A DNA stretch of 64,000 bases from Deltaproteobacteria bacterium (GTDB lineage Bacteria > SAR324 > XYD2-FULL-50-16), in the NCBI GenBank assembly GCA_029881655.1, contig JAOUME010000001.1, positions 2,351 to 66,350 on the forward strand. The letters are read 5' to 3'. Position 1 is the stretch's first letter. Each line of letters begins with the position of its first letter. The notes beneath the pieces are model-generated. The model was not told the origin of the DNA. It made no database searches and saw nothing but the letters and a program-made list of their open reading frames with translations. This document shows, in pieces, positions 50,374 through 61,612 of this stretch. The position numbers and the translations under genes are program-made.

Positions 50374-51585
50374 ATGAAGTTTTTACGGGATATTTTAGAC
50401 AAGCAACACCCGAAATTCGCCAAGGGCGGTAAGCTGGAAAAGTTTTACGCTCTTTATGAAATGGCCGACACCTTCCTTTATACGCCGGGCACCGTCACCA
50501 AAGAAGCCTCTCATGTACGCGATGGCATGGACCTAAAAAGGATGATGATCACCGTGGTTGTCGCTTTGACGCCGTGTATTTTAATAGCCATTTTCAATAC
50601 CGGCTATCAGGCCAACCTGGCGATGGACCAGATGGGTGTTCCTGAGGCTTCGGGCTGGCGTGAGACAGTGATCGCTTTGCTTGGTAGCGGATACGACCCC
50701 TCCAGTATCTGGGCGAATTTTATCCATGGACTCCTTTATTTTCTACCGATCTTTCTCGTCTGCAACCTCGTTGGAGGTTTTTGGGAAGGTCTTTTCGCCT
50801 CGGTCAGGGGTCATGAGATCAACGAAGGTTTTTTGGTTACAGGGATGCTATTCCCCCTGATTCTACCCGCAACCATTCCACTTTGGCAGGTGGCGTTGGG
50901 AATCTCTTTTGGAGTGGTTTTCGGCAAAGAGATTTTCGGGGGTACGGGAAAAAACTTTTTAAACCCCGCACTTACAGGTAGGGCTTTTTTGTTTTTCGCC
51001 TATCCGGCGCAAATCTCGGGTGATCAGGTTTGGGTCGCGGTCGATGGATTCAGCGGAGCCACCCCGCTCGGAGCCGCGATAAATGGCGGTTTGCCCGCGA
51101 TAGAGAAACTTTATAGTTTTTCAGACGCGCTGATCGGCTTTATCCCCGGCTCGATCGGGGAGACATCTGCTTTGGCATGTCTATTTGGAGCCATCGTTTT
51201 GATTGTATCCGGTGTCGGCTCATGGAGAATCATGCTCAGTGTCCTTATCGGAGCCATGGGACTTTCAGCCTTATTATATTTTGTCGGTAGCAGCACCAAC
51301 CCGATGTTTTCCATTTCCCCCTTATGGCACCTGGTAATTGGCGGGTTTGCCTTTGGACTGGTTTTTATGGCAACTGATCCTGTATCCTCCGCAATGAGCG
51401 AAACTGGTCAGTGGATATACGGCATTCTCATCGGAATGATGGTCATCTTGATTCGGGTCGTTAATCCGGCCTACCCCGAAGGGATGATGCTGGCGATCCT
51501 CTTCGGCAATATTTGCGCTCCGGTAATCGATTATTATGTCGTCAAGGCCAACATCAAACGAAGGAAAATCAGAAATGCCCAATGA
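50374..51585 (+). CDS. nqrB: Na(+)-NQR subunit B.
   Basis: Polytopic membrane protein with the conserved FMN-attachment region (FSGATPLG) and NqrB/RnfD-like TM topology. Confidence 0.85.
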   Translation: MKFLRDILDKQHPKFAKGGKLEKFYALYEMADTFLYTPGTVTKEASHVRDGMDLKRMMITVVVALTPCILIAIFNTGYQANLAMDQMGVPEASGWRETVIALLGSGYDPSSIWANFIHGLLYFLPIFLVCNLVGGFWEGLFASVRGHEINEGFLVTGMLFPLILPATIPLWQVALGISFGVVFGKEIFGGTGKNFLNPALTGRAFLFFAYPAQISGDQVWVAVDGFSGATPLGAAINGGLPAIEKLYSFSDALIGFIPGSIGETSALACLFGAIVLIVSGVGSWRIMLSVLIGAMGLSALLYFVGSSTNPMFSISPLWHLVIGGFAFGLVFMATDPVSSAMSETGQWIYGILIGMMVILIRVVNPAYPEGMMLAILFGNICAPVIDYYVVKANIKRRKIRNAQ

Positions 51586-52344
51586 TTCCATCATAAAAAC
51601 CATCATCGTCGCATTTCTTCTTTGCGTCTTTTGCTCTGTTTTGGTTTCTAGTTCCGCAATCTACCTGAAACCGCTTCAGGAAAAAAACAAGCTTTTAGAA
51701 ACCAAAAAGAATATCCTTATCGCCTCGGGGCTAATGGAAGAGGGCAAAACCATCGAAGAGATGTTAAACAAATAACGGTCAGGATCATCGACCTTAAGAC
51801 CGGAGAGTTCGACGATGAGATCGATCCCAGCCAGTACGACGTAAAAAAAGCCATTAAAGACCCGCTTTTGGCTTATAAAATACCAAAAGATTTGGATTTG
51901 GCGAAAATCAAGCGAAGAGCAAAGTCGGTACCCGTTTATCTGGTGATGAAGGAAGATCAAATCGACACTGTCATTCTGCCCATCTACGGCAAGGGTCTTT
52001 GGTCTACCATGTACGCCTTTTTGGCTTTGGAAGGTGATACCAATACCGTCAAGGGACTATCCTTCTACGAGCACGCTGAGACTCCTGGACTTGGGGGCGA
52101 GGTTGATAACGAGCTTTGGAAGAAGTCATGGAAGGGCAAAAAGGTCTTTAGCCCCGACTGGGCACCGGTCATTGATCTTCCCAAAGCGAAAGTCGATCCA
52201 CAAAGACCCGAGGCTATTCACCAGGTCGATGGATTATCAGGGGCGACTTTAACGACCAGAGGAGTAAAAAATCTATTACGCTACTGGCTTGGAGAAAACG
52301 GCTACGGCCCCTTCCTTGCCAATCTAAGACAACAAGGAGTCTAA
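51575..52344 (+). CDS. nqrC: Na(+)-NQR subunit C, interrupted by an apparent 1-nt deletion/frameshift near 51770-51776.
   Basis: The N-terminal part (TM helix, [23 protein letters not shown]) is in frame 2 and stops at 51773. The continuation ([13 protein letters not shown]...[17 protein letters not shown]-binding SGAT motif) is in frame 1. Both halves align to Vibrio NqrC when joined with one extra nucleotide. Confidence 0.75.
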
Positions 52345-52345
52345 T

Positions 52346-52969
52346 ATGATCAAGCCCAAAAACGTTTTATTAGATCCCATTTTTAAAAATAATCCGATCG
52401 CGCTTCAGGTTTTGGGTATCTGTTCTGCCCTGGCGGTTACCAGCAAGCTGGAGACCGTAATCGCCATGTCGTTTGCGCTGATGTTCGTCACAACTTTTTC
52501 CAACATCGGTGTCAGTCTGATCAGAAACCATATTCCAAACAGCATCCGCATCATCGTGCAAATGACCATCATCGCTTCACTGGTTATCATTGTCGATCAG
52601 GTCCTTAAGGCCTATGCGTTCGGCATTAGCAAACAACTTTCGGTCTTCGTGGGTCTCATCATCACCAACTGCATCGTCATGGGAAGGGCCGAGGCCTTCG
52701 CTATGAAAAATGGGGTGGGATTGAGTCTGCTTGATGGTCTGGGCAATGCCTTGGGCTATAGTCTGATTCTGTTTGTAGTGGGCTTTATCAGGGAGTTGAC
52801 CGGTTCAGGTAAATTATTGGGATTTAATATTTTAACACCTATCACCGAGGCTGGTTGGTACCAGCCTAACGGCTTGATGCTCTTGCCTCCAAGCGCTTTT
52901 TTTCTCATCGGGATCTTTATTTGGATTCTAAGAAGCTGGAAAAAGGATCAAGTCGAAAAGGACAACTAA
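52346..52969 (+). CDS. nqrD: Na(+)-NQR subunit D.
   Basis: NqrD/RnfA-like six-TM protein. Operon position. Confidence 0.8.
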   Translation: MIKPKNVLLDPIFKNNPIALQVLGICSALAVTSKLETVIAMSFALMFVTTFSNIGVSLIRNHIPNSIRIIVQMTIIASLVIIVDQVLKAYAFGISKQLSVFVGLIITNCIVMGRAEAFAMKNGVGLSLLDGLGNALGYSLILFVVGFIRELTGSGKLLGFNILTPITEAGWYQPNGLMLLPPSAFFLIGIFIWILRSWKKDQVEKDN

Positions 52970-52972
52970 GCT

Positions 52973-53584
52973 ATGTTAGAAACCTATTTAAATCTTTTAG
53001 TACAGTCCATCTTCATCGAGAATATGGCACTGGCCTTTTTCTTGGGGATGTGCACCTTTTTGGCCGTCTCCAAGAAAGTCGAAACGGCTTTGGGTCTTGG
53101 AATCGCGGTTGTCGTTGTCCAAACGATCACCATTCCCGCCAACTATTTGATTTACGCCTACATCTTAAAAGAGGGTGCCTTGAGTTGGGCCGGCATGCCC
53201 AATACCGACTTAAGCTTTCTAGGTTATATCAGCTATATCGGTGTCATCGCGGCTATGGTTCAGATTTTGGAGATGGTGCTGGATAAGTACTTCACGTCTC
53301 TTTATAATGCGTTAGGGATTTTTTTACCATTAATTACGGTGAACTGCGCCATCTTGGCGGGCTCCCTGTTTATGGTCGAGAGAGATTATAATTTTCCAGA
53401 AAGCGTGGTCTACGGGATTGGGAGCGGCGCAGGATGGGCCATCGCCATTGTCGTTTTAGCTGGAATCCGCGAAAAAATGAAATACAGCGATGTACCGGAC
53501 GGCCTAAAAGGGCTGGGAATCACCTTTATCACCGTTGGACTGATGGCGATGGCTTTTATGTCGTTTTCAGGAATCCAGCTTTAA
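52973..53584 (+). CDS. nqrE: Na(+)-NQR subunit E.
   Basis: NqrE/RnfE-like membrane protein. Operon position. Confidence 0.8.
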   Translation: MLETYLNLLVQSIFIENMALAFFLGMCTFLAVSKKVETALGLGIAVVVVQTITIPANYLIYAYILKEGALSWAGMPNTDLSFLGYISYIGVIAAMVQILEMVLDKYFTSLYNALGIFLPLITVNCAILAGSLFMVERDYNFPESVVYGIGSGAGWAIAIVVLAGIREKMKYSDVPDGLKGLGITFITVGLMAMAFMSFSGIQL

Positions 53585-53674
53585 GCTTTATCATCGATTT
53601 GAGTCTATATTATATTTTAATGAGCTAAGACTTTTATTAAGTTGCTTGTTTACTGCCAATAAAGAGATTTTGTA

Positions 53675-54904
53675 ATGACCGAAATATTATTAGGAGTTGC
53701 CTTTTTTACCGGTATCGTACTGAGCCTTGTTCTGGTCATCTTGTTCGCGAAATCAAGGCTTGTGAGCACTGGCAAGGTCAAGATCCTGATCAACAACGAT
53801 GAATCCAGCGCAATCGAAGTTCCAGCCGGAGATAAACTTTTAGGGGCTTTGGCCGGGCAGAAAATCTTTTTATCATCGGCCTGTGGCGGCGGCGGAACCT
53901 GTGGACAGTGCAGGGCCAAGGTCTTCGAGGGTGGTGGAGATATCTTGCCGACCGAACAAAGCCTGATCACCAAGAAAGAGGCACTAGAGGGTGAGAGACT
54001 CGCCTGTCAGGTGGCGGTCAAAAGGGACATGAAAATCGAGGTTCCCGCAGAGGTATTCTCAGTCAAGAAATGGTCCTGCAAAGTCGAATCGAATCACAAT
54101 GTCGCGACCTTCATCAAAGAATTGGTCATAAAGCTCCCGCAAGGAGAGAACGTCGATTTTAGAGCTGGTGGCTACATCCAGATCGAATGCCCGCCGCACG
54201 ACCTAAAATACGCTGATTTTATAGTTGAGGATGAATACCGGGGCGACTGGGACAAATTTAACCTCTGGAAATACCAGTCCCATGTAACCGAAGACGTAAT
54301 TCGCGCCTACTCCATGGCAAACTACCCTGAAGAAAAGGGCCTAATCAAGCTGAACGTGCGTATCGCGTCTCCGCCCCCAGGCGCTCCAGACCATATTCCT
54401 CCCGGAATCATGTCCTCCTATATTTTCAACTTGAAGCCAGGAGACGATGTTATTATATCCGGACCCTTCGGTGAGTTTTTCGCCAAGGAAACTGAGGCCG
54501 AGATGGTATTCATTGGGGGTGGAGCCGGCATGGCACCCATGCGCTCTCATATCTTTGATCAACTAAGAAGAATCAACAGCAATAGAAAAATCACCTTTTG
54601 GTACGGCGCAAGAAGCTTAAGAGAGATGTTTTACGTGGAAGACTTCGATGAACTGCAAAAAGAAAACAAAAACTTCACTTGGCACGTCGCGCTGTCCGAC
54701 CCACAGCCTGAGGACAACTGGAAAGGCTACACTGGTTTTATCCACAATGTGCTTTATGAATACTATCTCAAAGACCACCCCGCGCCAGAAGACTGCGAGT
54801 ACTATATGTGCGGCCCCCCCATGATGAACAAGGCGGTAATAGACCTTTTGGAAAGTCTTGGAGTAGAAAAAGATAACATTTTGTTGGATGACTTTGGTGG
54901 TTAA
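53675..54904 (+). CDS. nqrF: Na(+)-NQR subunit F (2Fe-2S ferredoxin, FAD and NADH binding).
   Basis: An N-terminal TM helix, the [10 protein letters not shown] 2Fe-2S motif, an FAD RAYSMAN motif and a NAD-binding GGGAGMAPM. Confidence 0.9.
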   Translation: MTEILLGVAFFTGIVLSLVLVILFAKSRLVSTGKVKILINNDESSAIEVPAGDKLLGALAGQKIFLSSACGGGGTCGQCRAKVFEGGGDILPTEQSLITKKEALEGERLACQVAVKRDMKIEVPAEVFSVKKWSCKVESNHNVATFIKELVIKLPQGENVDFRAGGYIQIECPPHDLKYADFIVEDEYRGDWDKFNLWKYQSHVTEDVIRAYSMANYPEEKGLIKLNVRIASPPPGAPDHIPPGIMSSYIFNLKPGDDVIISGPFGEFFAKETEAEMVFIGGGAGMAPMRSHIFDQLRRINSNRKITFWYGARSLREMFYVEDFDELQKENKNFTWHVALSDPQPEDNWKGYTGFIHNVLYEYYLKDHPAPEDCEYYMCGPPMMNKAVIDLLESLGVEKDNILLDDFGG

Positions 54905-55958
54905 GATCCATTCCCCGCTTACCAAGCCCATCTTATCTCTTACCTTACTATTAAGCCTCTTTTTTTCGGCTGGTTGCGAAAATTCAAATAGAAAACCGGA
55001 ATATCAAGTTATATCGGGCAGAACCATGGGTACCAGCTACCAGGTCAAGCTCGCCGGAAACAATCTTCCTCATAAAACACAACCGATTAAAAAGGAAATT
55101 GATTTGCGGTTAGAGCGCATCAATCAGCTGATGTCGACCTATTTTCCCGATTCTGAGTTAAACAGGCTTAACCGAACTGACAGCAAGTGGTTTCCGGTCT
55201 CCAAAGAAACCTATTTTGTTATCGGAAACGCCCAAAGGATAAGCCGAGACAGCGGAGGAGCCTTCGATATTACGGTCGGGGCTTTGGTAAATTTGTGGGG
55301 ATTCGGTAACAAAATAAGAGCCGATCAGATCCCCGATGAAAAAGCCATTTCAACTTTGAAAAATAAATTGGGTTATGATAAGATTATGTTAAACCCCGAT
55401 GAGCTTCTCATTGGGAAAAAACACCCCGAAATCACCCTTGATCTTTCGGCCATTGCCAAAGGTTACGCTGTTGACTCTGTAGCTGCCCTGTTAGAGAAAA
55501 GGGGCATTTTAGACTATATGGTCGAGATCGGCGGAGAAATTAAGGCCAGGGGCTATAAAGCTGAGAACCACCCTTGGGTTCTGGCAATCGAAAAACCGAT
55601 TCTCGAATCCAGAGAGGTTCAGAGACTTGTTTCTCTAAACGATCAAGGGATGGCGACTTCAGGGGATTACCGTAACTATTTTGAAAAAGACGGGGTAAGA
55701 TATTCACATAGCATCAATCCAAATACGGCGAGGCCCATCACCCACAAACTGGCATCGGTCAGCGTGATCAACCCTTCGACAATGATCGCTGACGGATGGG
55801 CAACCGCTTTGATGGTTCTGGGACCTGAGAAGGGTTATGAAATCGCTTTGAGAGAAAAACTCGCTGCTTATTTTATTTACAGGGAAAAAGACGGATTCGT
55901 TGAAAAGTATACCCCTGATTTCGAGAAATATTTTATCGAAACCAAAACAAGACTTTAA
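54888..55958 (+). CDS. apbE: FAD:protein FMN transferase (flavin transferase ApbE), probable lipoprotein.
   Basis: ApbE family core ([19 protein letters not shown]). A signal peptide ending in FSAGC. It overlaps the nqrF stop. Confidence 0.8.
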   Translation: MTLVVKIHSPLTKPILSLTLLLSLFFSAGCENSNRKPEYQVISGRTMGTSYQVKLAGNNLPHKTQPIKKEIDLRLERINQLMSTYFPDSELNRLNRTDSKWFPVSKETYFVIGNAQRISRDSGGAFDITVGALVNLWGFGNKIRADQIPDEKAISTLKNKLGYDKIMLNPDELLIGKKHPEITLDLSAIAKGYAVDSVAALLEKRGILDYMVEIGGEIKARGYKAENHPWVLAIEKPILESREVQRLVSLNDQGMATSGDYRNYFEKDGVRYSHSINPNTARPITHKLASVSVINPSTMIADGWATALMVLGPEKGYEIALREKLAAYFIYREKDGFVEKYTPDFEKYFIETKTRL

Positions 55959-55964
55959 GCGTTT

Positions 55965-56153
55965 ATGAGTACCTTTATCGCCGCGTTGATCATAATTGGC
56001 TTAGCCATGCTGGCTATGTCCGTTGGCATGATCCTAAGCAATAAATGCATTCAGGGTTCTTGCGGCAACAAGAATCTCCTGGCGAAAATCCAAGGGACTT
56101 CCGCTTGCGATTTTTGCGATAAGAAACAAGACTGCTCTGAAAGCGCGTCCTGA
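55965..56153 (+). CDS. nqrM: (Na+)-NQR maturation protein NqrM.
   Basis: 62 aa with a single TM helix followed by a Cys cluster (CIQGSCGN...CDFCDKK), which is the NqrM/DUF539 pattern. It is located directly after apbE. Confidence 0.65.
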   Translation: MSTFIAALIIIGLAMLAMSVGMILSNKCIQGSCGNKNLLAKIQGTSACDFCDKKQDCSESAS

Positions 56154-56195
56154 GACTTTAATTGGACAACTTGGTTGAGCAAAGTTGCGCCGGAT

Positions 56196-56477
56196 TCATT
56201 GAACCTGCCCGGTAATCTCAAAAAGGTGATAAACCGGATTTTTTGGCGCGATCTGAAAAGAACCCAGATACCACAGATTGTTTTTATCCTCCTGGATCAA
56301 CTCACCGGCAACAGCAAACCTAAATTTTCTGCTTTCCACTTCTACCCCCGGCTCAATCAGAACATGAAGTTGAGGGGTCTGGTCATAAAATTCCAGCGAT
56401 AAAATCTCCGCGCCTTTTGGCATCGAGAGCTCAAAGCTGTCCCTGAGTTGCAAATCAAATTTCAGAGTTTTGACCAT
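56196..56477 (-). CDS. Hypothetical protein (93 aa).
   Basis: An ORF with reasonable composition. No family recognised. Confidence 0.3.
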   Translation of the reverse strand: MVKTLKFDLQLRDSFELSMPKGAEILSLEFYDQTPQLHVLIEPGVEVESRKFRFAVAGELIQEDKNNLWYLGSFQIAPKNPVYHLFEITGQVQ

Positions 56478-57007
56478 AATGTTATCCGATTGCTATAGTG
56501 GACCCATTTGTCCAGACAATTTTTTGTTGAGTCATATTCCTTTACTTGATCTATTTTAAGCTGCTTTTTTATCTCTTCTTTCGATAAATTTCCAACGGTT
56601 TTTTGTAGATCAGGACCGAGTGAAATCGGTTGAAGTCATAAAAGAGCATCGAAGCGTTCTTAAAATCAATTATTTCCAATGATTGAGGCTACTCGGGGTG
56701 GCTTCATGCTTGCTGGCCAACCGGGCTTGGGACATTTCCCCCGATAATTGTTCCAAAACTATCTTGGTTTTGAACTCGAGACTGAAATTTAGTTCCTTTT
56801 TTACTCATTTTCCTCTTGAATTGAAGTTTGATTTAACTATTCAGAAATGACAACCAATGGAAAAACTGTTTGAATTTATAGTTCCATTATACCAATTCCA
56901 TGATTGATTAGATCGATCCTATTTGCTAATAATAAGTTTGAGGAAGCGATCCGACTTGTAAAATCGGCATAACCGTTTTTTAAAAATACTTCTAGAAATC
57001 GAGCTTT

Positions 57008-57358
57008 ATGGAAAACCACCGTCAAGTCCAGAGAAATTTTCTTAAATACTACCTGGACGTGAAAGAGGAACCGGAAGGTGAAGTGATCGGCCAACTTTAC
57101 GATCTCAGCGACAAGGGGATGATGTTATTAAGCGAGCGGTCCTTAGAGGAAAATATGGAAATGGATTTCTGGATCGGTTTAAAGGAAAACGTTAACGGCA
57201 AGAACATGATCCGCGGCAGGGCAAAGAGCCTTCGCTGCGTCAAAGACATGGATTTCGACAAGCACCGGATCGGGTTTCAATTTATCGAAATCTCCAGAGA
57301 AGATACCGAAACGATCAACCAACTGATCGAACGATTCGGCTACAACATCAATCTATAA
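57008..57358 (+). CDS. PilZ-domain c-di-GMP-binding protein.
   Basis: The RxxxR (RQVQR) and DxSxxG (DLSDKG) motifs with correct spacing. 116 aa. Confidence 0.65.
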   Translation: MENHRQVQRNFLKYYLDVKEEPEGEVIGQLYDLSDKGMMLLSERSLEENMEMDFWIGLKENVNGKNMIRGRAKSLRCVKDMDFDKHRIGFQFIEISREDTETINQLIERFGYNINL

Positions 57359-57421
57359 GAAGAGTTTGTTTATTTTAGCCCGACCGGGGGCATGAAACGG
57401 TCGCAGAGAGTCTATGGAAAC

Positions 57422-58159
57422 TTAACGGTTGGCCATTTCGGTACTGCCCCGTTTGTTTCTAGGTGGAAGATAGTTGATGGGATCGATAGGTTTACCGTTT
57501 TTGATAACCTCGAAATGCAGGTGAATCCCGGTAGACCTGCCCGTGTTGCCCATTTTTGAAATCAGGTTCCCTTTGCGCACCAGCCTTCCTTTTTTTACGT
57601 AGATTCTGGAGTTATGGGCATAGAGTGTTTTAAGACCGCCCCCATGATTGATGATCACCGTTTTACCATAGCCCTTTTTCCAACCCGCGTAAACTACGGT
57701 ACCAGATTTGGCTGCCCTGATCTTTTCGCCAGCTGTTTTGGTGATATCGATGCCTTGGTGCATTCTTCCATGCCGTCTCCCAAACCTAGAGGAAATACTG
57801 CCCTTGGATGGCCAGAGCATTCGATCGTTCTTGGTAAAACTCTCCAAATTGACAGGATTGTACTCGTTACTTCTTGAAACGGGTTGAATCTGTTGGGGAA
57901 TAAATATTTTCATACCCGCGGAGAGATCGTTGGGGTCGTAAATTTGATTTTCCCTTTGAAGCCTGATCTGATCGACCTTAAACCTTTGGCTGATTCTAAA
58001 GAGGTTATCTCCGGGTTTAACTTGGTACCAAACCCCACCATTAATAACAGGGCGGCTGTTTTTGACCGAACAGGAACCCAAGCCCCAGATTAGCGCGGTC
58101 ATCGTCAAGCTGATCAACAATATTTTTTTTAATTCAACAAATGATTTTTTTTCGCTCAT
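57422..58159 (-). CDS. LysM-domain M23-family peptidase lipoprotein (NlpD-like).
   Basis: Lipobox (LGSC), a LysM (YQVKPGDNLFRISQRF) and M23 motifs (HQGIDI, HLHFEV). Confidence 0.8.
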   Translation of the reverse strand: MSEKKSFVELKKILLISLTMTALIWGLGSCSVKNSRPVINGGVWYQVKPGDNLFRISQRFKVDQIRLQRENQIYDPNDLSAGMKIFIPQQIQPVSRSNEYNPVNLESFTKNDRMLWPSKGSISSRFGRRHGRMHQGIDITKTAGEKIRAAKSGTVVYAGWKKGYGKTVIINHGGGLKTLYAHNSRIYVKKGRLVRKGNLISKMGNTGRSTGIHLHFEVIKNGKPIDPINYLPPRNKRGSTEMANR

Positions 58160-58474
58160 TTTGACTAATTGATTGTTTTTGCTACCTAGTTTTCATTATA
58201 GCATGCTGTTTTATTTAGTTGTTAATTTTATTAGCTGTTTTATAATTTAATGCAATATCCGTGCTGGTTTTAAACTTTTGCCACACTTACTCATTCGCGC
58301 AGCAAATCAAACCTGATAAAGTTTATTTTTTTAATAAAAAACTTCCATGTCTGGCAATTTATCATAAAAGCATTTAAGTTCTTTTAAAAGACCTGTTGGA
58401 ATATTTTTAATAATTATGTATTCTCGTAAGATAAATTATCGAAACAGAAAAATCTTATTCACTGATTTTTATAA

Positions 58475-61400
58475 ATGAGCGCAGAACTAGCAAGCGAGCC
58501 TGAAGAGAATAAATTTAAGTCTTATCTAGAGGCATCAAAACCCCAAAATCCCGATCTGGTGGCTAATTTTATCGGGTTGCAGGACCCAAGGCAAATCGAG
58601 GGCATGGACTACATCAGAGGCCAGCTAGAGAAAAAGGGATTTCGAGTCGACTCATACGAATATAAAGTAACGACCAAAACCGAAATCAGAAGACCCATCA
58701 ACCCCAAGTTAAAAAACGGTCCCACCGAAAGAGTTACCCTTGAGGAAAAAATCAATGTCAACAGCAATTTCAAGGCCGTTCGCCAGCTCGATTGGAGAGT
58801 TTCCAAAGACCCGGAAAATATCTTGATCCTTCAGGTGACCCGCGCTAAGGGCGAGTCACTCAGCTTGCCGATCATCTTCCCCAATATCATTAAAAAAGGC
58901 CGCCAAATCCTCGTCAACCGAATCAGCAAGGTCACCCACGCCCAGCTTATCGCCAAACCGGACTTGAAGTTCGAGACAATCCCAAAACCCATCGAAGATT
59001 GCCCGGAGCTAAAAGAACAACTTCTGGAACGCTCCAAAAGAAAAAAAGGCATGCAGTCCACCGTGAGAGAATTGCTTGATATGCCAGGACTACCAGTGAG
59101 TATCTCCGAAAAAATCGCCGGAATCGCAACTGGAAAGGCGATCGACATCACCGACACAGAAGCTATTAACATCATCCTGCTTTCTGATCTACAAACCCGC
59201 TATATGGGCCTACTGCAGAATTTTATCGAGGAAGTGGCCAACAAGAGTACTCCGGTTCCGGGTCTTGCCAAACAATTCCAGGAAATGACCTTAAGCCTCA
59301 AGCCCAACTATCTGGCCAATAAATTCCAGATGTATTTTGACGAGGAAGTTCATTTCAACGACAATGCGGACGTCTTCAAACAGATTTTCAAGACTCTGCA
59401 GAAAATGGAGGAGAAAGCCATCATCGTCAATGACAAGCCGGTCACCAAAAACCAGATATTCACCCAAATCAAAAGCATCGTCGTTTTGTCCCGAAGTCAG
59501 GTCGATCCGGAGCTGTGGAAAAGATGCCTATTTCTTTATGATCCCGACGAAGAAAAAAATCTGGTCAATAAAAACGATCAGGTGATCGATGAATTGGTTG
59601 AGAATTGCAGAAAAATTATCATGAGCATCCACAGTGCAGCCTCGCAAAGCCTGCTGGAAGTCTACCTGACTCATAACGCTGATTATTTTATGAAAAATAA
59701 ATTCGTCCGTTTTGATCAGGAACCCTTCGAGAAAAATGAGCCGGCGTTTTTTAAAAGCATGGTAATGCCTCTGCTTCAGCTCAAGTCACCCAAAAAAGGT
59801 GAAAAAGAAACGATCTTTAAGCTCTTTTCTGAAAGGGGTATCGAGCCCAATAAACTGATCCACCCCGTGCATTGTATGGGGGCCGCCTACGGTTTTTTAA
59901 TTGGAAAACAGATTTTAGAGGGTATGCAAAAATTTTTACAGATCGGATTAAATACTCTTTTTCACCGCTTCGGTAAGGATTTTTTCGAGATCTGTTATGA
60001 GCGGATCATCTTTGAGGCCGGCCTGCCGGTCTCAAGAGCTAATTTCGCGAAATGGCTGATTTTAAAAAGAATTATCAACAAACCGGAAGAATTCGGTTAT
60101 ATCCCGATCGAAAATGAGACGGACTACGACCCTTTGCTGACACCCGAAATCTTGGCCGGTAGCGGTCAATCCATTTTCCCGGTCAATTTCACCTCGAAAG
60201 AGTTCACCAAAGCTTTTTTTGAAAAACAGGACCAGTTCATAGCCTTTATCCAAAGGCTCAAGGGAAGTCTGGCCACCCAGGATTCCGAATTCAGCGCGGC
60301 CCAGGTCTTTATGGATCTCGCTAACGCGGGCAGATATAATTTCCGTTCCTCCGGATTTAAAAAACAACTCAAGGGAACCTTTTTATATGACGAGCTCAGC
60401 GAGGTTATCTCGAATTCCTGTAGCGACATCAAAAAGGAAATCGAGGCAAACGCCACCAACCGAAAAGCGATCCTGAAGATCCCGCTCGCCTACTCTTCGA
60501 TCCTTTATATCGGTAGTACTTTTAGCGTTTATGTCGGGGACCATGCCGTCCAGGTCCACCTAATGGCCGTTCCGGTCCTCAATGTAGAACAACTGAGCGA
60601 CATTTCCAAGACCTTTTCCAAAAACATGATCCAACATCTCAAGCAAACCAACACCAGCGAAAGGAAAGGCTTGGTCCAGGCTATCAAGATCCTGAATGAA
60701 TACATCAAAATGTCCCTGGAGTTTACCCGGTTTAGCTCAATCCTCGTCATGGACAGGATGATCCATCATATTCTCGATCAGGAACACAAGAAATCTGAAA
60801 ATACCCCACTCCATCAAAAATATTTCGTGTCTGACCGTGACAAGCTTTTTGTTGGCAACATCAAAGACATCAATATCGGTAATCTCGCTTTGTACCAGAT
60901 CGACAACATTAAGATCAATCTTGACGAACTCGACACCATGGCCTTCGGTAAGGCTCTGCAATGTATCGGTTTTTACAAATCCGCGCAAAAAACGATCAAG
61001 GATAAAATGGAAATCATCGGCAAGGTGATGATCATTTTAGGGCGGTTCGCAACCCACCTAAAGGAAACCAAGGAATGGAAAACATACTATAAGCTCATCG
61101 AAAACCTAAAACAGTTGGTTCCCCAACCGATCGAAACCCTCAATGACAAAAAACTCAGGATGCTGAAAGTAATCAGCGACGAACTTAAAGGAATGCTTCA
61201 GACCTCGACCAACAACGATAACATCGTTAATCAACTAGTAGGGGAATGGAAAAGAAGATACCCCAGTATGATCGCCAAATTCTACTTCTACAACTCTTTT
61301 TTGGATAGCGATCAATCCTTTAAGGATAATCTGGTTTTAGAGATCAAACAATCCCGTAACTTTATCAATCTCCTAAAATCGAAGAAAAGCGTCTTCTTCT

Positions 61401-61609
61401 TTCCCGAAGGATCAAAGGACTTTCAGATCAGTCATATGAATGAAATCGGCAACTTTCTTAAAAAAATAAACTATCAGGGCAACATTTATGTCGAAATCCA
61501 AAATCTTAGCGATGAAAAGATAAATGCCATCACCAAAATGTTTTATCCCAACCACTTCTTCAAGCTCAACCAGCTAAACCCCATCAAAAAAACGCCACCC
61601 AAAGCGTAA
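58475..61609 (+). CDS. Large hypothetical protein (1044 aa), no recognisable domains, no signal peptide.
   Basis: A long uninterrupted ORF with coding-like composition. It is Lys/Glu/Asn-rich and predicted cytoplasmic. Confidence 0.5.
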   Translation: MSAELASEPEENKFKSYLEASKPQNPDLVANFIGLQDPRQIEGMDYIRGQLEKKGFRVDSYEYKVTTKTEIRRPINPKLKNGPTERVTLEEKINVNSNFKAVRQLDWRVSKDPENILILQVTRAKGESLSLPIIFPNIIKKGRQILVNRISKVTHAQLIAKPDLKFETIPKPIEDCPELKEQLLERSKRKKGMQSTVRELLDMPGLPVSISEKIAGIATGKAIDITDTEAINIILLSDLQTRYMGLLQNFIEEVANKSTPVPGLAKQFQEMTLSLKPNYLANKFQMYFDEEVHFNDNADVFKQIFKTLQKMEEKAIIVNDKPVTKNQIFTQIKSIVVLSRSQVDPELWKRCLFLYDPDEEKNLVNKNDQVIDELVENCRKIIMSIHSAASQSLLEVYLTHNADYFMKNKFVRFDQEPFEKNEPAFFKSMVMPLLQLKSPKKGEKETIFKLFSERGIEPNKLIHPVHCMGAAYGFLIGKQILEGMQKFLQIGLNTLFHRFGKDFFEICYERIIFEAGLPVSRANFAKWLILKRIINKPEEFGYIPIENETDYDPLLTPEILAGSGQSIFPVNFTSKEFTKAFFEKQDQFIAFIQRLKGSLATQDSEFSAAQVFMDLANAGRYNFRSSGFKKQLKGTFLYDELSEVISNSCSDIKKEIEANATNRKAILKIPLAYSSILYIGSTFSVYVGDHAVQVHLMAVPVLNVEQLSDISKTFSKNMIQHLKQTNTSERKGLVQAIKILNEYIKMSLEFTRFSSILVMDRMIHHILDQEHKKSENTPLHQKYFVSDRDKLFVGNIKDINIGNLALYQIDNIKINLDELDTMAFGKALQCIGFYKSAQKTIKDKMEIIGKVMIILGRFATHLKETKEWKTYYKLIENLKQLVPQPIETLNDKKLRMLKVISDELKGMLQTSTNNDNIVNQLVGEWKRRYPSMIAKFYFYNSFLDSDQSFKDNLVLEIKQSRNFINLLKSKKSVFFFPEGSKDFQISHMNEIGNFLKKINYQGNIYVEIQNLSDEKINAITKMFYPNHFFKLNQLNPIKKTPPKA

Positions 61610-61612
61610 ATC

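Noticed and set aside
52921-53286. A 121-codon plus-strand ORF overlapping nqrD/nqrE in another frame.
   Set aside because: It is an out-of-frame overlap with conserved membrane subunits. Its Arg/Gly/Cys-rich composition is artefactual.
56478-57007. c-di-GMP (GEMM) riboswitch upstream of the PilZ gene.
   Set aside because: The GC island is too short, lacks GNRA tetraloop/receptor features and lies more than 260 nt from the start codon.
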